The notes under the pieces were generated by a model. It had not been told where the DNA came from. It saw nothing but the letters and a program-made list of their open reading frames with translations, and ran no database searches. The position numbers and the translations under genes were made by a program. Positions 57,686 to 64,000 of a stretch of 64,000 nt of DNA are shown here, piece after piece. The DNA is from an uncultured Candidatus Saccharibacteria bacterium (GTDB taxonomy: Bacteria > Patescibacteriota > Saccharimonadia > Saccharimonadales > 2-12-FULL-41-12), in assembly GCA_964648105.1 (NCBI GenBank), contig CAZYMH010000003.1:22164-86163 (forward strand), written 5' to 3'. Position 1 is the first letter of the stretch. Each line of letters begins with the position of its first letter.

Positions 57686-58993
57686 TTATTGGTCTAAAAG
57701 TTCCTGCATAGATACGCGTTTTTGGTTAGTTGTATCTCGATCACGCAGCGTAATTGTACCGTCACTTAGACTATCAAAATCAATTACAACGCAGTAAGGC
57801 GTTCCGATTTCATCTTGGCGACGATACCTTTTACCGATATTTCCATTATCATCCCACATGACTGCACCATACTTATTTTTCAATGTTTGATAGACTTCCT
57901 GAGCTTTGGCAACTAATTCGGATTTGTTTTTAAGCAGTGGAGAAACGGCATATTTAACTGGAGCTAAATGATATGGTAATTTCAAAAATATCCGCTTTTC
58001 ACCGTTTATTTCATCTTCTTGATAAGCGGAGATTAGAACAGCCATCAAAGCTCTCTCGACACCAAAACTTGGCTCGATTACATGTGGCACAAATGGCTCT
58101 TGGCCGTCTTTTGGTCGATACAGCATTGACTTGCCACTGTCGCGTTCGACATTTTTAAGATCAAAGTCAGTTCTATAAGCCATGCCTAATAATTCATCAC
58201 GTCCATGCGGATAATCAAACTCGAAATCAATAGTTCGCTTGCTATAATGTGCTAAATCTTCTTTCGGAACCTCAAGTTCATGCACAGCTTCTTTCGGCAA
58301 GCCGAGGGCATCTAACCATTCATGAACGGTGACTCGCCATTTTTCGAATTCTGCTTCCCAATTTTTTTCGTCAATAAAATATTCTATCTCCATTTGCTCA
58401 AATTCTCGTGACCTAAAAACGAAATCCCTTGGACTAATTTCATTGCGAAAAGCCTTACCTTGCTGAGCAATACCAAACGGTAAATCTGGACTAAAGCTAT
58501 CAACTACATTTTTAAAATTTGTGAAGATTCCCTGAGCGGTTTCAGGCCGTAAATAACTAATTGAATTTTCGTCGGCTACTGGACCAACATTAGTTTTAAA
58601 CATCATATTGAATTGCCGAGCTTCACCAAATGGATTTTTTGTACCACATTTTGGACATTGACTAGTATCAATTTTGTCTTCACGAAAGCGACCTTTGCAA
58701 TTGCTACATTCAACCAAAGGGTCGGTAAACGTATCAACATGTCCACTGGCCTTCCAAACTTTTTGGTTCATCAAAATTGCGGCATCGACACCATACATAT
58801 CTTCGCGGTTTTCAACAAACATTGTCCACCATAAATTCATGATATTTCGCTTCAAGCTAACACCCAGTGGTCCATAATCCCACGTTCCAGCTAGTCCGCC
58901 ATAAACTTCACTGCCTTGGTATATAAATCCACGGCGTTTACATAAACTTACAATATCTTCCATTGACACTTTGGTCTGTTTTTTCTCACTCAT
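57686..58993 (-). CDS. glyQS: Glycine--tRNA ligase (alpha2, class IIa type)
   Basis: LCKRRGF, YLRPETAQGIF, GKAFRNEISP, REFEQMEIE, HVIEPSFG, GKRYRRQDEIGTP. Confidence 0.97.
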   Translation of the reverse strand: MSEKKQTKVSMEDIVSLCKRRGFIYQGSEVYGGLAGTWDYGPLGVSLKRNIMNLWWTMFVENREDMYGVDAAILMNQKVWKASGHVDTFTDPLVECSNCKGRFREDKIDTSQCPKCGTKNPFGEARQFNMMFKTNVGPVADENSISYLRPETAQGIFTNFKNVVDSFSPDLPFGIAQQGKAFRNEISPRDFVFRSREFEQMEIEYFIDEKNWEAEFEKWRVTVHEWLDALGLPKEAVHELEVPKEDLAHYSKRTIDFEFDYPHGRDELLGMAYRTDFDLKNVERDSGKSMLYRPKDGQEPFVPHVIEPSFGVERALMAVLISAYQEDEINGEKRIFLKLPYHLAPVKYAVSPLLKNKSELVAKAQEVYQTLKNKYGAVMWDDNGNIGKRYRRQDEIGTPYCVVIDFDSLSDGTITLRDRDTTNQKRVSMQELLDQ

Positions 58994-59026
58994 AGAAGTT
59001 ATTATAATAGATTTAACTAATTCGGG

Positions 59027-59692
59027 CTAATCAAAACTGATCTGGATAAGTTGGTTTTTGATATTTTGAATAACATCGATATTTTTTGGCAATGATTCAA
59101 AATTCATCGGCTGAGAATTTTTGGCCAATAATCGCATAAATTTTATATCATTTTTTTGTAAGCTTCCTTGTGTGTCTGGTACAAAAATTTGCTTTTCATA
59201 GTCAAAAAAATAGTTATCATAATCACCATTTTCGGCAATCAATTCGCCCAGTAAACCTGCACAAAAAAGAGTGTGCATGCCAAACCAGATATCTACAACT
59301 TGATAATTAAAAGTTGGAATATTTAAATACATCAAAAAATTTTTTAAGTTATCGTAACTATAGCTTTCGGTATTTTCTGACGTAATATTACTTGTTAATT
59401 TAAGTCCTGCATAAGCTAAATCAAGCCGCTTAATATCTTTGACAATTTCTTCAAAATAGTCAATCATAGTTGCACCAACAAGCGGTTTCATACTTTTAGA
59501 TGAATCGATAAAACTCATATTGCTAACCGACATTAGCTCCACACCACCCGCTAATTTGCTCTTGCTGGCACGGACATTTTTTGCAAATAAAGTTTGGCGA
59601 CCATGCTGTTTAGTGATTACAGTTAATATCCGATCTTTTTCACCAAAATTTACGCGTTTAAGTACAATTGCTTCGTCAATGATTTTGTTCAT
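59027..59692 (-). CDS. recO: DNA repair protein RecO
   Basis: AIVLKRVNFGEKDRILTVIT--HG...AKNVR--KSKL. Confidence 0.88.
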   Translation of the reverse strand: MNKIIDEAIVLKRVNFGEKDRILTVITKQHGRQTLFAKNVRASKSKLAGGVELMSVSNMSFIDSSKSMKPLVGATMIDYFEEIVKDIKRLDLAYAGLKLTSNITSENTESYSYDNLKNFLMYLNIPTFNYQVVDIWFGMHTLFCAGLLGELIAENGDYDNYFFDYEKQIFVPDTQGSLQKNDIKFMRLLAKNSQPMNFESLPKNIDVIQNIKNQLIQISFD

Positions 59693-59694
59693 GT

Positions 59695-60069
59695 TTATAG
59701 GAGAGTATTTTTAAGCACTATTTTCAAATCACTCAAAGAAGTCTTTGGCTTATATAGATACTTACTTACACCTAGCGACTCTAGGCTTTTATCGATTTGT
59801 TGGTTTTGGCGAGCCAGAAAAGTATGAATAACTATCGGGATTTTTATCCAGTCGCTATAAGACCTAAATTCATGCAAAAAAGCTATTCCGTTTTGATCGG
59901 CTATAGCCAGCTCTAATACAACTACGTCTGGACGTTTATTATCGGCTTCAATAATCGCCTTTTCGGCACTCAGTACGTGACTAACTTTATATTTATTACT
60001 CTCTAGATATTTTTTAATTATATTGCCTAAATCTTGATTTGGTTCAATTAACAAAATTCGCTTCAACAT
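59695..60069 (-). CDS. Atypical single-domain response regulator (phospho-acceptor Asp replaced by Glu)
   Basis: ILLIEPN, PDVVVLEL, NG..FL, YLYKP. Confidence 0.8.
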   Translation of the reverse strand: MLKRILLIEPNQDLGNIIKKYLESNKYKVSHVLSAEKAIIEADNKRPDVVVLELAIADQNGIAFLHEFRSYSDWIKIPIVIHTFLARQNQQIDKSLESLGVSKYLYKPKTSLSDLKIVLKNTLL

Positions 60070-60749
60070 TAAACTAAACTTAGTTGTTTACTAATTGGTA
60101 AATCTATACTAAAACCGCTATATTTCGAATTACTCTCGGCAGCCAACTTCCCGCCCAAAATGTTTATTACTCTTGAAGCGATTATTATGCCTAGTCCGTT
60201 GCTATCAGAATACTTTGCGTATGGCATATGAGACAATATTTGATGATTGTTGTATCCGTTAACAATACTTTTGAATCGCTTAAAATTTTGGCCATAAATT
60301 TGGATGATAATTTTCTCGCTACTATTTATTGAACTTTTAATAATTAAGTTTTTATTAGACATTTTCAAAAGAAACTCGCAGATCAAAAACAAACTATTAC
60401 CTAGTAGGGTGCTGTTAGTCATTGCAGGTAAATTGCAGGTCTTTTGGACTTCAATATTTTTATCAAAATTCAATTTAATATTATGCGACAAATCATAAAT
60501 TACATTACCAAGCCCTACGGGGTTCAGTTCTAGGGCTAACTGACCAGATTCGTACATCAAGGTAGAAATGTAACTATCGATTAGCGACAATGATTTATCT
60601 GCATGACTTTGTATCAAATTATCATTGCTCTCAATATTGAGTTCGGCGGCTCGAGCTATCATGTAGAGGTTATTTTGAAGTTCTCTTAACAGAGGTAAAA
60701 TTGAAGAAATATCATTTTTTATTTGGCTTTCAGGCACACTATTACTCAT
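60069..60749 (-). CDS. Degenerate histidine-kinase-like protein (pseudokinase)
   Basis: HisKA-like helices (RELQNNL in place of HELRTPL), SNGLGIIIASRVINILGG G2-like end; N and G1 boxes eroded. Confidence 0.6.
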   Translation of the reverse strand: MSNSVPESQIKNDISSILPLLRELQNNLYMIARAAELNIESNDNLIQSHADKSLSLIDSYISTLMYESGQLALELNPVGLGNVIYDLSHNIKLNFDKNIEVQKTCNLPAMTNSTLLGNSLFLICEFLLKMSNKNLIIKSSINSSEKIIIQIYGQNFKRFKSIVNGYNNHQILSHMPYAKYSDSNGLGIIIASRVINILGGKLAAESNSKYSGFSIDLPISKQLSLV

Positions 60750-60825
60750 TCAACTCCCTCTTAGAATAATACTTTTATACTATCATTTTCTGAACACAAA
60801 AAATATACCAAAAAGTATGTAATTT

Positions 60826-61497
60826 TTACGGACTAAATGAGAAGTTTGGCAATATTATATTTTCAAAATCGTTAATATATTGAGTATTTTGGCAAGCAAT
60901 TGTAATTGTTTTGTCGCGGAGTGGCAAGACAACTATGGAGCCTTTGATGCCATTTTCGTATTCTCCGTCGACTCTTGTACCGAGAACTTTTGGCAACTTG
61001 GCTAACCGATAGGCAGAAGCCTTAACTTTTCCGTTTTTAACTAATCCTTCGTATTTTTTTATATTACTATCATACGGTGTATTAATAATTTCAACATTTA
61101 GAGCATAGGTAGCTTTAGGATCGCCCGATACTAAATCGGGATTCATGGACAAATCTAGCGTATCGTCAGTTGATTTTGTGTAACCGCTCCAAGTTTTTGG
61201 ATACATAAAATTAATATCGCCCAAAATCGCCGATGAACGATATTCTTTCAAGGGATTTTTCTCTTTTTCGGTAAATTCATTATCTTTTTGGCTAGCAATC
61301 TTTTTTTCGGCAACATCAACTGCGGCGGCTATCTTTGAATCGACATTATTTTTGTAATCTTGCTTGCCCATATATGCCCAAACACCAAATCCAGTTGCTC
61401 CCAAAAACAGCACCACCACTAATACTAGTGATATCACCAAAGCATTAAGTGACCCAATCTCACTAGTGAGAAATATCTTATTTTTGCCACCGTTCAT
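60826..61497 (-). CDS. Membrane-anchored extracellular protein (N-terminal TM, coiled coil, PsbP-like FxYPxxW domain)
   Basis: Hydrophobic N-terminus; INFMYPKTW; C-terminal FENIILPNFSF. Confidence 0.55.
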   Translation of the reverse strand: MNGGKNKIFLTSEIGSLNALVISLVLVVVLFLGATGFGVWAYMGKQDYKNNVDSKIAAAVDVAEKKIASQKDNEFTEKEKNPLKEYRSSAILGDINFMYPKTWSGYTKSTDDTLDLSMNPDLVSGDPKATYALNVEIINTPYDSNIKKYEGLVKNGKVKASAYRLAKLPKVLGTRVDGEYENGIKGSIVVLPLRDKTITIACQNTQYINDFENIILPNFSFSP

Positions 61498-61544
61498 AAA
61501 GCTAATGTTAATCTAAAAACTGCCAATAGTCAAACTTTAAATAA

Positions 61545-62024
61545 TCAATATTGATATACAAATATGGCGTTTTTTTCATAGCTAGCTTTTTTATTTGGTA
61601 TCTTAAATGCATAACTAGCCAGTTTAGTTCCAGATTTTAATTCGTGAGTTAATTTGTTGTCCAGCTTTTCCATATATTTATCGAGTAAAAATACATATAC
61701 CCCATCGGCGTTAGATAAATCTTGGTTCCAAAAATTTGCTAATCTAACAGATACATTTTTGTATTTATAGGTACGAATTTTGGCAATAAGAAAAATAATT
61801 GGATTCATTTCCCAGCCAACACAAATGTAACCTCTTTTTGCAGCTTGTATCAACACTTTTCCGTCGCCACAACCTAGCTCATAAAATCGATCGCCCGATT
61901 TAAGGTCTAATAAATCAATAGCAGTTTCAGCTGACTGTTTATGAGTTGGTAAATATGGAGCCCCAAAAAGCAATACAAAACCAAAACACATTATAATTAC
62001 AAATATAACAATTAATAAGATCAT
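61545..62024 (-). CDS. Membrane-anchored class I SAM-dependent methyltransferase (FAM173-like)
   Basis: GAPYLPT, FYELGCGDG, GWEMNP, YVFLL, ASYAF. Confidence 0.85.
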   Translation of the reverse strand: MILLIVIFVIIMCFGFVLLFGAPYLPTHKQSAETAIDLLDLKSGDRFYELGCGDGKVLIQAAKRGYICVGWEMNPIIFLIAKIRTYKYKNVSVRLANFWNQDLSNADGVYVFLLDKYMEKLDNKLTHELKSGTKLASYAFKIPNKKASYEKNAIFVYQY

Positions 62025-62039
62025 CGATTTTTGCTTAGA

Positions 62040-62207
62040 TTATTCAGTAATTTTGTTCTCAACATCAACTAAATATTGCTCCAATTTAGCAATCAGTTTT
62101 TTGGCTTTTTCATGAAGAATAAGCACTTCGTCGATTGCAATGTCATCAGTCTCTAACTGACTAACAACATCATCAAGTTGGTTTTTCAGTTCGCGGTATT
62201 TACTCAT
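62040..62207 (-). CDS. xseB: Exodeoxyribonuclease VII small subunit
   Basis: 55-aa ORF MSKYRELKNQLDDVVSQLETDDIAIDEVLILHEKAKKLIAKLEQYL..., ATGA overlap with xseA; missed by the ORF track. Confidence 0.85.
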   Translation of the reverse strand: MSKYRELKNQLDDVVSQLETDDIAIDEVLILHEKAKKLIAKLEQYLVDVENKITE

Positions 62208-63319
62208 TGTTTCACCTTAATTTTACCATCTTTAAATATTAATTTTAATTCATGATGCCCTATGGCGACTTTAGCAGATGCTATATAGTTCCCTGAACTA
62301 TCTTGTACTAAAGCATAGCCTTTTTCTAGTAATTTTTGAGGGTCAGTTAGCTTCAGTATCTGTTTGCAACTATTTATTAGGTGTCTATCGTTAGCGATTA
62401 ATCTTTCGAATTTTTTATTGAATTTCGATTTTATCTCTTTAAACTGATCTTTTTGAGCCTGAACACGCACATTGAGTATATAATCAATTGATTTTTTGTA
62501 TTTTTGTAGTTCACTAAGTTCGCTTTGCCTATCTGGTACTAAGATTTCAGCTGCATTGCTAGGCGTACTGGCCCGCTTATCAGCCACTAATTCACTCAAA
62601 ACTACATCACGCTCATGACCAATCGCTACCAGAGTTGGAACTCTGGAAGTAGCAATTGCTCTTACAACTTGTTCATGATCAAATGCCACCAAATCATCGC
62701 GACTTCCCCCGCCCCGTAAAATGACAATAGCTTCTAGACGGGCTGCGTTATTAGCCGCAACAATTGCCGAAATTATTTTTTCTGGGGCATCTCGACCCTG
62801 AACTAATGTATCAAACACTTCGATGCCAAGCTTAGGCCAACGATTGTTAATAATTTTTATAAAATCTTCATAACCTGCTGATTCTTTGGATGTAATTAAG
62901 CCAATTTTAGTGGGAGGATAGTCGATTGGACGTTTACGTTCACTCGAGAATAAGCCTTCTTTTGCCAATTTTTGTTCGAGTAACTTATAGGCTTTATTTA
63001 TCGAGCCTTGACCACTAACTTTTATATTAGTGATGTTTATGCTAAAACCAAATTGTGGATGTAAATAAGGTTTTCCAGTAACTTCTAGAACCAGTCCGTC
63101 TTCGAGTGGTCCAGGCAACAAGCGAACTGTACCAAAACACTTTAAATTAGCTTGTTCGTCTTTAAGATCAAAAAATAACCAAATATTTTTACTGACTTTA
63201 AAATTTGATAGTTCGCCAACTATTACCACTTCAGGATAAGCATAATCAATTGTTTGATTAAAAATAGCCACAAAATCAGATACAGAAAATATCGGTTTGG
63301 GCGACAAACTTTTATACAT
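62204..63319 (-). CDS. xseA: Exodeoxyribonuclease VII large subunit
   Basis: GELSNF, FFDLKD, GLF--ERKRP, VQG--AP, RGGGS-DDL, AIGHE-D, STPSNAA; start re-placed to MYKSL. Confidence 0.95.
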   Translation of the reverse strand: MYKSLSPKPIFSVSDFVAIFNQTIDYAYPEVVIVGELSNFKVSKNIWLFFDLKDEQANLKCFGTVRLLPGPLEDGLVLEVTGKPYLHPQFGFSINITNIKVSGQGSINKAYKLLEQKLAKEGLFSSERKRPIDYPPTKIGLITSKESAGYEDFIKIINNRWPKLGIEVFDTLVQGRDAPEKIISAIVAANNAARLEAIVILRGGGSRDDLVAFDHEQVVRAIATSRVPTLVAIGHERDVVLSELVADKRASTPSNAAEILVPDRQSELSELQKYKKSIDYILNVRVQAQKDQFKEIKSKFNKKFERLIANDRHLINSCKQILKLTDPQKLLEKGYALVQDSSGNYIASAKVAIGHHELKLIFKDGKIKVKQ

Positions 63320-64000
63320 CAATTTTTTTAATTGCTTTTTGATAGTAGTAATAGCCAATTGGCAACTGAATCGCCATGCTGAGTATTCGGTACATAATTG
63401 TTGCTGGTGCGGCAATCGACAATGGTACGCCAGACGCCGCCAAAACTGCCGTCATTAATGCTTCGTAGACACCGATACCTCCTGGCAAAATTGATATCAA
63501 ACCAGCAAAATTTGCCACCGCGTAAGCAAGTATTACAGCCCCAAAATTTACTGGCTGACCAAACGCAACATAGACTGTGTAAACAGTTAATACCTCTGTT
63601 AAATTCGCAAAAAACGCATATATAAACGGTTTTTTTAAATCATTAATTTTTTTAACTAAAATCAAATAATCCTCATGTAGTTCCAAAAATAACTTTTGGA
63701 CTCCCTCGATATTAATTGTTTCTGGATGGTTCGGCCTGACCCAATGCAAAAGTGTATTAAGAAATTTAGCTAAGCCAACCGTAAATTTATCAATCCGTCG
63801 TTTATCGCCGACAATATAGGCTGCTAAAGCTGTTCCTACAGCCAAGAATGTTCCGAGCGAACTAGCAACCAAAATTGTAAAATTATTTGCCTTACCACTA
63901 GATGCTAAAATTAAAACTCCGATTAATAGAAGTATTTGAAACGACAAAAATATCATCACAAATCGCATCATTTGAACTAGCGTTGACTTACTTATGGCTA
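63312..64000 (-). CDS. UPF0104 / lysylphosphatidylglycerol-synthase TM (flippase-like) protein, 5' end outside the window
   Basis: Multi-TM; ISILPGGIGVYEA...A--IMYR motif. Confidence 0.8.
   Translation of the reverse strand, partial: AISKSTLVQMMRFVMIFLSFQILLLIGVLILASSGKANNFTILVASSLGTFLAVGTALAAYIVGDKRRIDKFTVGLAKFLNTLLHWVRPNHPETINIEGVQKLFLELHEDYLILVKKINDLKKPFIYAFFANLTEVLTVYTVYVAFGQPVNFGAVILAYAVANFAGLISILPGGIGVYEALMTAVLAASGVPLSIAAPATIMYRILSMAIQLPIGYYYYQKAIKKIDV

Noticed and set aside
1-64000. Alternative genetic code (TGA = Gly as in Gracilibacteria/SR1)
   Set aside because: Conserved genes are full length in code 11 and several end in TGA with ATGA coupling

Overview
AT-rich bacterial chromosome segment read in the standard code (TGA = stop). 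The gene set points to a Patescibacteria/CPR organism, most likely Candidatus Saccharimonadia (inference): minimal dcw cluster mraZ-rsmH-ftsL-ftsI-ftsW-murG-ftsQ with no mur ligases, alpha2-type glycyl-tRNA synthetase, sortase, PEGA and DUF3048 proteins, dprA-topA, and many receiver-only two-component proteins. It carries about 60 CDS and three tRNAs (Ser-GGA, Leu-CAA, Glu-CTC). A dif-like site lies at about 43.25 kb, where gene orientation converges, so this is probably the replication terminus. No CRISPR array, rRNA, integrase or transposase is visible. Best leads: (1) a roughly 460-nt ORF-free, hairpin-rich RNA divergent from dprA, with its own near-consensus sigma70 promoter and terminator, C-rich anti-SD-like loops and complementary (kissing) loops; (2) structured non-coding elements, a 19-aa sORF and a probable ATA start inside the dcw operon; (3) a five-gene GT2 / P-loop kinase / GT2 / HAD / deacetylase cluster beside tRNA-Ser with a coupled leader ORF and two TGACA-N6-TGTCA palindromes; (4) apparent pseudo-enzymes (class II DAHP-synthase-like, NnrD-like, and a pseudo-kinase/pseudo-receiver pair); (5) antisense copies of tRNA 3' ends downstream of tRNAs; (6) widespread leaderless-type promoters. 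All family calls come from motif recognition by eye, not database searches.
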